A stretch of DNA of 61,771 nt from an uncultured Clostridia bacterium. Lineage in GTDB: Bacteria; Bacillota_I; Bacilli_A; RF39; UBA660. Below, one piece after another: positions 50,325-59,557 of the stretch. The translations under genes and the position numbers were made by a program. The DNA lies in NCBI GenBank assembly GCA_946619755.1, contig CAMOMI010000002.1, positions 1 to 61,771 of the forward strand, in the 5' to 3' direction. The notes below the pieces were generated by a model that was not told the origin of the DNA, did no database searches, and was given only the letters and a program-made list of their open reading frames with translations. Position 1 is the stretch's first letter. Every line of letters starts with the position of its first letter.

Positions 50325-53300
50325 TTATCCTGAAACCCAGGTTAATCCCATATTACCAGAATCCCTTGTTCTCCAAATAAATCCTGGACCATTACCTATT
50401 TGTACGTCTTGTTGTACAACGGTTCTTAAGTTATAAAATTTCTGTCCATTTGCATATGCTATAATTTGTCCATTTTGTATAAAGTTTATAGCTTCGTTTG
50501 TTATTTGAACTTTAAATGGACTGTCTGTAGCTCCAAGTGTTATTACTGGTCTACCTTGACTATCTGTTGAAGCATTAATATAAGCAGTTCTTCCTGATAA
50601 AGCAGATATTTGTTTCTCTAATTCTTTTTTTAAATCTTCTAAATTTTGACCTGTTGCTTTTTTATCTATATCTTTTAATAATTGATTAATTTCATTAGTA
50701 GCCGCTGTCATATCTATTTTAATTCCATTACCATCTTGAGTGACAGATACTAATTTATTATCGTCAACAACAATATTTTGAATTTGTCTTTCTAATGAAT
50801 CGACTTTAGATATTGCTGTACCTGCATTTTGAGCAGCCTGATCAGCAACGCTAGCAGTATCACTTATTAGCTTATCATTATCTTCAGGTGCTGGAGACCA
50901 GTCTGTAACTTTATTACCTTTTTCTAATTTTATACCACATATTTCCCATTCAGTAGGTTTATTATCACATCTAAATAACAAATCTTTCTCATGTACTTCT
51001 GTGTTATTAGTATATGTGTCTTTTAGTGTATATATTATCCAATAACGTTTCCAAGTATTTGATAGAGTTATATTAACATTACCATCTCCACCTGGATTTC
51101 CATTAATTTCAATTTTACCATTAGCATTAGTCATTGCTGTTATTGATTTAACTTGTATATAATTAGAAGGCCCATAGAAATACACTCTAGCTTGTCCAGT
51201 ACCTCTAGCATAAAATGATACAGCATATTGCTCGTTTAATTCGACATTTAATATTCTATATTGAGCCACAACATCAGTTGCTACAGAATTAACTATTTTT
51301 CTAGTTACAAATGTTTTATAAGCCCCAAATGTAGCTTTTCCACTCGCACCAGTTAATCTTCCAGTTTCTTCTGAAGATACATTTTTACTATCAAATTCTC
51401 TACTTCTTCTTATTATATTTTTACCACCAATTTCACTAGTAAATGCCTCATATGCAATTTGCGATATATTTCTAAATTGTCCATTAGAATATTTAAATAT
51501 AGGATGTTCTGGATATAGATATATTTGATATGTTGAAATCATATATCCCAAAGAAATATAATATTGACTATTCTCAGCAGTAGGCAAATTAGTTGTAAAT
51601 GGTGTTGTAGAATCAACTATAAATTTATTTCCGGATAACGAACCTACTAAATATAAAGTTAAATTCTGTGTAGCAGTCCAGCTAGAATTTGTATTATTTC
51701 TTATTGTACAAGATGGCATTGATAAATAGTTATTTGAACCGCTACCATTAGCAGCTATATCCGACCCAGCCCATAATATAGGTTTGTCTATATCAAAAGA
51801 TGAACCAGCAGATAGATGGAAATATCCACCCGAATCTCCAACTATTAAACGTGAATTAGTAATAGCTGACTTAGCTTTTATATTATTATTTAATCTAATT
51901 CTGTCATAGTTATTACTATCATAATTAGCATCTGCCCACCAACCTTCAGCTATAGTTGTAGAACCAATAGTAACATTCTTTCTATAAGTTAAATGTACAA
52001 CAGAACCAGCTGGATAATGTGTACCTAATCTAGATGTTCCACCATAATATAATGGTTTAGCACCAGTTGTTCCTCCACCTGCTAAAGTTAAATTTAATGT
52101 GGCATTAGAAGCAGATGTTTGTGGTAACCAATATGTTATTTGTTGATTGTCCTCTAAACTAGAGAAAGATGCAACACCGGTCCAAGCAGCTGTAGTACCT
52201 GTCTGAGTACCAACTATAACTTCAGATGTTTGTGATAAAGTGTCTTCTGGTGCTGGTGACCAGTCTGTTGGTTTATTACCTCGTTCTAATTTTATATTTT
52301 TATAATATATATCTGCACCGTAGCCGAATAATAATTGTATAGTAACATCATATATTGCATTGATCGGTAAAGTAAAAGATGCAGATATTCTTTTATATTC
52401 GTTAGATGATATAATCGATTTAAATGTTTTAAGATTAATTATATTCTGATATGGAGCTTCTGTTTTTGTGTGATTATACATGAATGCTAATATTCCACCA
52501 GTACTACTATCATCTATTGTACCCTTTATATCTAAACTAATAGAATATGTTTCACCAGGTTCAAGAAGTTTGCTACTAAATTCATCACTATTTTTATTAT
52601 ATCTATTAACGTGTATTCCTTCTCCATTATTTTTACTATGTCCACTAATTGGAGTAACAACATGTCTAGCATTATTTGAATATGTTCTTGATGTTGTACT
52701 ATTAAGACCATAATATGTATAATTTCTTTTAGAATCATGTATACTGGTATCTAATTTTGAATAATATAATAAATTTCTACCGCCAATTTGAATATTATCT
52801 ATGGTTTGATATATATCCTCCGGTGCAGGTGTCCAATCTGTTGGTTTATTACCTTTTTCTATTTTATAATTTTTTATTTCCATTTTATAAGCAGTAGTTG
52901 CTTGTTTTATTGGTTGCATTATTATATGTTTACTAGTGCCAGTTGATGATGCTTCATCAGCAGTTACAGCTTTAGCTTTAAAATATATTTCATATTTATG
53001 CCAAGCAGTATCATCATTAATATCAAATTGTTGTGATAAAGTTGCTTTATAAACACCGTCTATATATATTTTACTATCATTGTGTTTTAATGGATCATTC
53101 CAAAAATATATATTATTTACAGTACCTTCTAATTTTCTCATTAAGAACGATATTACATATGATTGATCTTGTTCCCATATAACATTATGATCTATAATTG
53201 GACCTGAATTATTAAGAGCTTTACGTGAAAATATACAACTTCCACTATTTATAAAATTATCATTTGACACTGTTGTTCCTGTATCATAAGGAATTATACA

Positions 53301-55829
53301 TCCTAATCGTGCAATATTCCTACTACCAACATTTATTTCATTCACAGCTTCCCATTCACTAGAACATATAGGAGTTGTATATTTTGTTGATGTTGGGTTT
53401 TTATATACTATTTTACTTCTTGTCCAAATATATTTACCAGAAGACCATGTTGAAGGTGTTGTAGACCAAGAACCACCTGTTTGAGAATCTTTTTTATCAG
53501 ACAAATAATATTCTTCTGTAATAGATTCTACACCAGTACCAGTAGCACCAGTATCACCTTTGGCGCCAGTATCACCTTTATCACCTTTATCTCCTTTTAT
53601 TAAAGACCAACTATATTTTGTTGGGTCAGTACTATCAGCTTGAGTAAAATCTGTATATTGTCCAATATATGTTTTATTTGTACTGTCGCTAACAGAGAAA
53701 TTTGTTTTTCCATCAGATGATGTTGCATAAGCAATATGAAGATATGATGTTTTACCATTTGTACCATTAGTACCAGGTATACCCTGATCACCTTTGGCTC
53801 CTTGTGATCCTTCAAATTGAGACCATTTATATTTTGTTGGATCAGTACTATCAGCTTCTGTAAAATCAACATATGTGCCTATATATTTACTAGGTGTCTC
53901 TGTCATATCTGAAGAACTTGTTGGGTTTTCTTTAGATGAATATTTTATATGAAAATATGATGTTTTACCATTTGTGCCGTTTTGTCCAGTATCTCCTTTA
54001 TCGCCTTTAGGACCTGGAATACCCTGCTCTCCTTGTGGTCCTTGTAGACCCTGAATACCTTGTGAACCAGTATCACCCTTATCACCTTTATCACCCTTAT
54101 CACCTTTGTCTCCCTTATCACCTTTATTACCAGTAGCACCTTTAGCACCAGCTATGCATGTTTCGTTTCTAGTAGCTGTAGTTCCGTCAACATATGTAAC
54201 TTTTTGCCTAGACCACATATATTTACCATCAACCCATGCTGGTGCAGTTGTAGACCAAGAGCCACCTTCACATGAATCAGATTTATTAGATAGATAATAT
54301 TCAACATCTACTGTTTTTACTGTTTTATCTACATTATCTTCCATCTCATTTATAGTCTCTTCTAAAGTCTTACTCATACCACCCATGGTTATAACACCGG
54401 CTGATATTCTTAATTTGTAAGTATTATCTGAAGTATCTAAGAAATATTTAAGAAAGTTATTAGAATCACCTATATTTACTTGACCACTATCATCCATATA
54501 TATTCCACGAGTTGTATTATTAATTGAATTCTTTACTCCTGAATATAAAGAGTGATCTCCTATATGAAAACCACCAATAGTAGCATCAAAAGCAACTAAG
54601 TCTGATACTTGAACTTTATCAGCCGTAACTGATTTAGCTAAAATAACAGTACCATCTAACCCAGACTCATGATCTAAACTTAATTTATAATATGTATTAG
54701 CTGCCCAAGTAGGAGCAGAATTACCAGATACATGTACATATTTACCATTAGATATAACATAGTAATCCTTAAAATTAGTATCCCAATCACTTGGTTTAGA
54801 AGTAGTTAATGCAACTTTGGATGCTTGTGTTGTACTAATTTCATTAAGACCATCTATATTAAGTTTATAATATAAACCATCTTCACCTTTTACAACTAAT
54901 TTATCAGCCCTAATTGTATTACCTTCTATTAAATCACCTTTAATTGTAACACCAACTAATTCTCCTGTAATCTTACCACTTTGTACAACTAAATCCTTGA
55001 TAAGACCAGAATCTGAAAATATCTTTTTAACTGCTAATTGATTAATATTACTAAAGTCTATATTAGCGTACTTAGCATTTAAATGATTAGTTTCTAACTC
55101 ATCAACAATAATTTCATCTAAACCTGTTAATACACCATCTTCTATTTTAAAAGCACTATTTAATATTCGAATATCAGAATCAAATACTTCCATAGTATTT
55201 CCATGCATATTAATAATATTATTTTGTTGATTAATAATATTGTTCTGTTGATTAATAGCATTTCCATGTTGTGTTATTATATTATTTTGTTGATTTATAT
55301 CATTATTTATTTGTGTAATATTATTATCTTGTTGAGTAATCTTATTATTTATTTGAGATATCTCATTATTTTGTTGATTTATATTATTACCTAATTGTTT
55401 AATAATATTTCCTTGTTGATTAATAGCATTATTAGCTTGTAAAATATCATTATTAACTTGCTTAATATTATTATCTATTTGAATAATAGAGTTACCTTGT
55501 TGCATTATAGTATTATCCATTTGTCTAATAGAGTTACCATTTTCATCAACTTCATCTTTTAAATCTTGAACAGATTTATTTCTAGCTGAAGGAGAACTTA
55601 TGTTACCAGTTACAGTTGCTGTATGATTTTTTATTAATACTTTAACTCGTTCTCCAGTTTCAGCTTCTACTGTAGAAGTAACTGGTGTCCAAATTTCAGA
55701 ACCGTCTATCTGAACGTATTCCTCACCATTAATAGTCTTATAAGTACCGTTAACTGTTACTTCTTTAAGTTTTTCTTCTTTATTTGTTAATTTAACAAAT
55801 TGGTTTATAAGATCTTGTGATAAAGCCAT
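50325..55829 (-). CDS. Giant tail fibre / host-recognition protein (1834 aa) with heptad array, collagen-like tracts and repeated CBM-like modules
   Basis: Start moved to ATG 55829 (MALSQDL) after AGAAAGGAG. Has GDKGDKGDKGDKGDKGDTGSQGIQGLQGPQGEQGIPGPKGDKGDTG and three module ends (K/R)GNK(P/V)TDW(T/S)PAPED. Confidence 0.8.
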   Translation of the reverse strand: MALSQDLINQFVKLTNKEEKLKEVTVNGTYKTINGEEYVQIDGSEIWTPVTSTVEAETGERVKVLIKNHTATVTGNISSPSARNKSVQDLKDEVDENGNSIRQMDNTIMQQGNSIIQIDNNIKQVNNDILQANNAINQQGNIIKQLGNNINQQNNEISQINNKITQQDNNITQINNDINQQNNIITQHGNAINQQNNIINQQNNIINMHGNTMEVFDSDIRILNSAFKIEDGVLTGLDEIIVDELETNHLNAKYANIDFSNINQLAVKKIFSDSGLIKDLVVQSGKITGELVGVTIKGDLIEGNTIRADKLVVKGEDGLYYKLNIDGLNEISTTQASKVALTTSKPSDWDTNFKDYYVISNGKYVHVSGNSAPTWAANTYYKLSLDHESGLDGTVILAKSVTADKVQVSDLVAFDATIGGFHIGDHSLYSGVKNSINNTTRGIYMDDSGQVNIGDSNNFLKYFLDTSDNTYKLRISAGVITMGGMSKTLEETINEMEDNVDKTVKTVDVEYYLSNKSDSCEGGSWSTTAPAWVDGKYMWSRQKVTYVDGTTATRNETCIAGAKGATGNKGDKGDKGDKGDKGDKGDTGSQGIQGLQGPQGEQGIPGPKGDKGDTGQNGTNGKTSYFHIKYSSKENPTSSSDMTETPSKYIGTYVDFTEADSTDPTKYKWSQFEGSQGAKGDQGIPGTNGTNGKTSYLHIAYATSSDGKTNFSVSDSTNKTYIGQYTDFTQADSTDPTKYSWSLIKGDKGDKGDTGAKGDTGATGTGVESITEEYYLSDKKDSQTGGSWSTTPSTWSSGKYIWTRSKIVYKNPTSTKYTTPICSSEWEAVNEINVGSRNIARLGCIIPYDTGTTVSNDNFINSGSCIFSRKALNNSGPIIDHNVIWEQDQSYVISFLMRKLEGTVNNIYFWNDPLKHNDSKIYIDGVYKATLSQQFDINDDTAWHKYEIYFKAKAVTADEASSTGTSKHIIMQPIKQATTAYKMEIKNYKIEKGNKPTDWTPAPEDIYQTIDNIQIGGRNLLYYSKLDTSIHDSKRNYTYYGLNSTTSRTYSNNARHVVTPISGHSKNNGEGIHVNRYNKNSDEFSSKLLEPGETYSISLDIKGTIDDSSTGGILAFMYNHTKTEAPYQNIINLKTFKSIISSNEYKRISASFTLPINAIYDVTIQLLFGYGADIYYKNIKLERGNKPTDWSPAPEDTLSQTSEVIVGTQTGTTAAWTGVASFSSLEDNQQITYWLPQTSASNATLNLTLAGGGTTGAKPLYYGGTSRLGTHYPAGSVVHLTYRKNVTIGSTTIAEGWWADANYDSNNYDRIRLNNNIKAKSAITNSRLIVGDSGGYFHLSAGSSFDIDKPILWAGSDIAANGSGSNNYLSMPSCTIRNNTNSSWTATQNLTLYLVGSLSGNKFIVDSTTPFTTNLPTAENSQYYISLGYMISTYQIYLYPEHPIFKYSNGQFRNISQIAYEAFTSEIGGKNIIRRSREFDSKNVSSEETGRLTGASGKATFGAYKTFVTRKIVNSVATDVVAQYRILNVELNEQYAVSFYARGTGQARVYFYGPSNYIQVKSITAMTNANGKIEINGNPGGDGNVNITLSNTWKRYWIIYTLKDTYTNNTEVHEKDLLFRCDNKPTEWEICGIKLEKGNKVTDWSPAPEDNDKLISDTASVADQAAQNAGTAISKVDSLERQIQNIVVDDNKLVSVTQDGNGIKIDMTAATNEINQLLKDIDKKATGQNLEDLKKELEKQISALSGRTAYINASTDSQGRPVITLGATDSPFKVQITNEAINFIQNGQIIAYANGQKFYNLRTVVQQDVQIGNGPGFIWRTRDSGNMGLTWVSG
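53965..54155 (-). repeat. Collagen-like G-X-Y tract (about 20 triplets); shorter tracts at 53532..53596 and 53751..53815
   Basis: Plus-strand runs of cacc(t/c)tt(a/g)t units, translated as GNKGDKGDKGDK.... Confidence 0.85.
55200..55560 (-). repeat. 21-nt (heptad) tandem array of about 16 units encoding N-x-I-x-Q-x-x repeats
   Basis: QQGNSIIQIDNNIKQVNNDILQANNAINQQGNIIKQLGNNINQQNNEISQINNKITQQDNNITQINNDINQQNNIITQHGNAINQQNNIINQQNNIINMHGN. Confidence 0.8.
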
Positions 55830-55842
55830 ATTATTCTCCTTT

Positions 55843-56907
55843 CTAATTCCATAATTTCTTTGTAAATACGGCTGTCTCATTTACGGAGCAACCGTTTTCG
55901 CATTTTATAGTTTGGCTTATAACTTTAGCCTTTATACCTTCCAAACCAGCTTTTTTATAATTTAATCTAACAGCATCTCCAACTCTAACAGGACAATATC
56001 CATGTGTATAACTAACTTGATATTCAACCGATGATAATGTCTCTAATAAGTTCTTAGCGTATTCATCAATTTGTTCTTCACTAGGAAATCCTGGAAGATT
56101 TGGTTCTGTCTCTCTATGAATTATTTCCCTACCTCTATTTACTGTTGAAGTAGGACTGTTTGGATCATCATTAACTATTCTGGCAGTATATTCATGTAAT
56201 CCAGTTGAACATACAACTTCTACAACATTTGGTATTCCATACAAATCATGTTGCATACTAACTTCGGGATATAGTATTGAACTATTATCATCATTATATG
56301 TCCATACTGGTTGTAATTCATCTAATTTTTGTTTAGGAGCAAATAATATCCTGCCATTTTCATCCAAATGTAATCTGTATTTAGCCTGACCTATTAAATC
56401 AGAAATATAATTTAACCAATTTTCATTTGGGTCAGCTACAAAATTATCTAATAGAAGTTTATCTGAACTTGTCTCTACAACAGGCGCTCTACAATTATTT
56501 CTAATAAGCATATAAGCCTGCTGCATTATATTATCATTTTTTAATAAAGCAAATCCTAATGGTGGTGGGTTTTCTTTAAGTTCTAATAAAGGTGTATATG
56601 CATCCATAGATACATTTCTATTCTTACCATCGTATGAACTAGATGGTGTTTGAACTAAATATGTACCTAACACAAATTTAAATTCACCGCCATTTTGACG
56701 TACTACAAGATAAATTCTGACATAACATTCCCCAAGTGTATCATTAATATCAATGGTGGCGGAACCAAGTGTATCAGTCCCGTCATCCCTTTTTATTGAA
56801 GATTTTTTAACCATATTAAGTGGTCTTTTGTCTTTCCATGTATATGGATCTACCTCATAATATTCAAAAGTTTGCTCCATTGAATCTGACCAATCAACAT
56901 CAGCCAC
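55843..56907 (-). CDS. Tail-associated (Tal/baseplate hub-like) protein
   Basis: 354 aa and the second gene after the TMP. Confidence 0.45.
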   Translation of the reverse strand: MADVDWSDSMEQTFEYYEVDPYTWKDKRPLNMVKKSSIKRDDGTDTLGSATIDINDTLGECYVRIYLVVRQNGGEFKFVLGTYLVQTPSSSYDGKNRNVSMDAYTPLLELKENPPPLGFALLKNDNIMQQAYMLIRNNCRAPVVETSSDKLLLDNFVADPNENWLNYISDLIGQAKYRLHLDENGRILFAPKQKLDELQPVWTYNDDNSSILYPEVSMQHDLYGIPNVVEVVCSTGLHEYTARIVNDDPNSPTSTVNRGREIIHRETEPNLPGFPSEEQIDEYAKNLLETLSSVEYQVSYTHGYCPVRVGDAVRLNYKKAGLEGIKAKVISQTIKCENGCSVNETAVFTKKLWN

Positions 56908-56909
56908 TA

Positions 56910-59555
56910 TTAAATACCTCCTTCTACTCTTGTGACAGAGAATGAAACTGGTATAGTCACAGCTAAATGTTTTATACTTAATGATACTGATATATTAGCC
57001 CAGTATCCTGTTCCTGAAGGTTCTCTAACATAAACATCACCTGTCCATCTAGATAATCTTCTTAAACCATAAATTGTTTCTTTATCTTCAGCTGGAATCT
57101 CACAACTCCAACTAGCTGTTTCACCTATCTGCGTACCATAATAACTAACCGGATGTTTTCTACCGACATATTCAACTAAAGAAACATCAACATTCTTATT
57201 TTCAGAAACATCTACATTATATGGTAATTTAAGCATTGAACCAGCCCAAGGAACCTCTAAATCATCCGTGTCAGGATCATAGTCAAATTTAGACCATTTT
57301 TCTGACCATTGAATAACTATAGAAGGTTCTCCAACTTTTACTGCTTCTACATCACAGTAAGATATTGTACCTGTATCATCAGCTCTTGCTACTACTCTAT
57401 ATCTAGCATAGTCTAATGATGGATGCGGATCTACTACATAAGTATGATTATCATTATCAATCTCTGTAGCGATCTCCGTAAACGTACCATCATATTCTCT
57501 TCTATATACAGCTAGTGTACAATTATCTGATAATGCTTGTTCTATCTCACCACTAACTTCTTTATTCTCCATACAATATGGATGTATATTAGCAGTTAAT
57601 GTTTCTTTATCAATTAAAATATCAGCATATGGATTATAACCAGTCTCACTCAATGTAACATTGAAATCTTTTGTTGCTACTGCACTCAAACCAGAATCCA
57701 TTGATACTGTAATATTAACAGTATAATTTATACCGTTTTGTAAATCTACAATTGCTGGATTCATTTCTACTAAGAATCTCCAAGCATTTATTTCTGGATC
57801 ATAATATTTTTGATATACTTTATCTCCAGGATTTACTGTTTTAACTTCACCAACATTATCTACTGTATTATAACCTTCGTTAGCTATAATTTCTATATAA
57901 TAACTTATTGGTTTTTGTGTTGCTGGTTTGGCTAACACATTTAAATTAAATGGAAATCCACTTATATCTTCTATAGATATACCATCTTTATTTGTGATAT
58001 CTAATTCGAGAGTTGGTTGTGTATATACATTAACTTCTCTTTCTATAGACCAATCGCTATATCCACCTATATCACCACTAGTCATTACACCAGCAGTTTT
58101 AACTTTCCATTTAATAGTAAATCCTTCACTTAATAATCCAGACCATTCAGAATCGCTCGTATTAATAACATATACGCTATTTTGATCTCTTTGCTCTTCC
58201 GGTTTAGTATTTTGAATTGTTTTTTCAATTTCCATAGGTTCAGTTTGAGGATGTGCAGAGTCAATAATAGTTATATGTAATTTAGCATATGTTTCTAAAG
58301 AACCATCAGTAGAATTATGTCTCCAATATAAATTTAAGTTTTCACCTAATATAGCAGAAACAACATTACTCCATGTAGTAGGAGCAGATGGTTTTGTTCC
58401 TAATGTTACAGACTTAATTTGAGACCAATTAACAGATGCACCTTTATCATTAATAGATCTAACTCTGAAGAAATATTCATGACCGAGTTCAATATCAGTT
58501 ATTAATAATCTAGCACCTTGACCTTCTTCAGTAGTTTGACTACTAACTTGTGATGAAGGTGTATCGAAATATGTTACATCTGTTGTCCATTGTATTTCAT
58601 ACTGTCTAGCTGTTTCTACTTCAGGCCATTCAGCTAAAACACCGTATACAACTGATTGTTGTTCACTTATTTTCTGTGGTCTAAGTGTTGTAATTTCAGA
58701 TGGTGCAACTGGAACTGACATATCATTTGCTGTAAATTCAGTCCATCCACCATATATATTACCTCTAACAGCTCTAGCTCTAACTTTATATTCGTGACCC
58801 GCATCAACAGTTTCAACATATTTAGCATAATGAGTTTCTGAGTTTATAGCAACTTTTGCTGTTTTGTATTTTATTGTATTATCTTGATATATTGCTATTT
58901 CTATAGAATCGGCATTAATATTTTCACTAATATTCTCAAATTCTACAGTAGCTTTATTTGTATTATCTATACTAAAATTCGGACTTGGTGGTAATTGTGG
59001 TGGGTTATTTCTAAAGTCATATTCTTTCCATGCCCAATCAGTATTAGCCAGTGGATTACCATTTTCATCAACTGGTCTAACACTAAATCTAATAACATTC
59101 CATCCAGGATTAGTGTTACCAGTACCAATAGACTGTTTAACTTCATCATGAAATTCAACATTATTATTTTCTTGTAACATTATTAAATGACCAGAATCAT
59201 CCCATTGTTCCCATCTAGTCCAAAAACGATTATGTCCATAATTCCATAAAGCCAACATCTCTCTTTCTGATCCAGCAACTAAAGCCATCCAAAATATGTC
59301 TGGTTTTGTAACCGTTACTGGTGTAGGAGCAGGTGCTGGTGTTGGAGCAGGCGCAGGAGCCGGAGCTGGTGCACCACCTGTTATTCCTGGAAGATCAAAT
59401 AATTGACCAGGATAAATTATAGGATTTCCACTAGTAGCCAATCCATTTGCTGAAGCTATTTCTTTCCATCTAGCTCCATTTCCATAAACTGAGCGTGCAA
59501 TGTTCCAAAGACAATCGCCTCTGGCTACACGCCATTTATCACCTTCTCTAGGCAT
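56910..59555 (-). CDS. LysM, Pro/Ala linker, FN3-like repeats and Dit-like distal tail protein
   Basis: LysM is GDCLWNIARSVYGNGARWKEIASANGL...IYPGQLF. The linker is APAPAPAPAPTPAPAPTP. The first gene after the TMP, with a C-terminus resembling siphovirus tail-family proteins. Confidence 0.6.
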   Translation of the reverse strand: MPREGDKWRVARGDCLWNIARSVYGNGARWKEIASANGLATSGNPIIYPGQLFDLPGITGGAPAPAPAPAPTPAPAPTPVTVTKPDIFWMALVAGSEREMLALWNYGHNRFWTRWEQWDDSGHLIMLQENNNVEFHDEVKQSIGTGNTNPGWNVIRFSVRPVDENGNPLANTDWAWKEYDFRNNPPQLPPSPNFSIDNTNKATVEFENISENINADSIEIAIYQDNTIKYKTAKVAINSETHYAKYVETVDAGHEYKVRARAVRGNIYGGWTEFTANDMSVPVAPSEITTLRPQKISEQQSVVYGVLAEWPEVETARQYEIQWTTDVTYFDTPSSQVSSQTTEEGQGARLLITDIELGHEYFFRVRSINDKGASVNWSQIKSVTLGTKPSAPTTWSNVVSAILGENLNLYWRHNSTDGSLETYAKLHITIIDSAHPQTEPMEIEKTIQNTKPEEQRDQNSVYVINTSDSEWSGLLSEGFTIKWKVKTAGVMTSGDIGGYSDWSIEREVNVYTQPTLELDITNKDGISIEDISGFPFNLNVLAKPATQKPISYYIEIIANEGYNTVDNVGEVKTVNPGDKVYQKYYDPEINAWRFLVEMNPAIVDLQNGINYTVNITVSMDSGLSAVATKDFNVTLSETGYNPYADILIDKETLTANIHPYCMENKEVSGEIEQALSDNCTLAVYRREYDGTFTEIATEIDNDNHTYVVDPHPSLDYARYRVVARADDTGTISYCDVEAVKVGEPSIVIQWSEKWSKFDYDPDTDDLEVPWAGSMLKLPYNVDVSENKNVDVSLVEYVGRKHPVSYYGTQIGETASWSCEIPAEDKETIYGLRRLSRWTGDVYVREPSGTGYWANISVSLSIKHLAVTIPVSFSVTRVEGGI

Positions 59556-59557
59556 AC

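Noticed and set aside
52480-55394. Alternative-frame ORFs inside the giant fibre gene (52480..52713, 52532..52738, 53600..53872, 53945..54148, 54106..54297, 55203..55394)
   Set aside because: They are products of the repetitive collagen-like and heptad DNA read in other frames or on the other strand, and they lie fully inside a much better-supported ORF.
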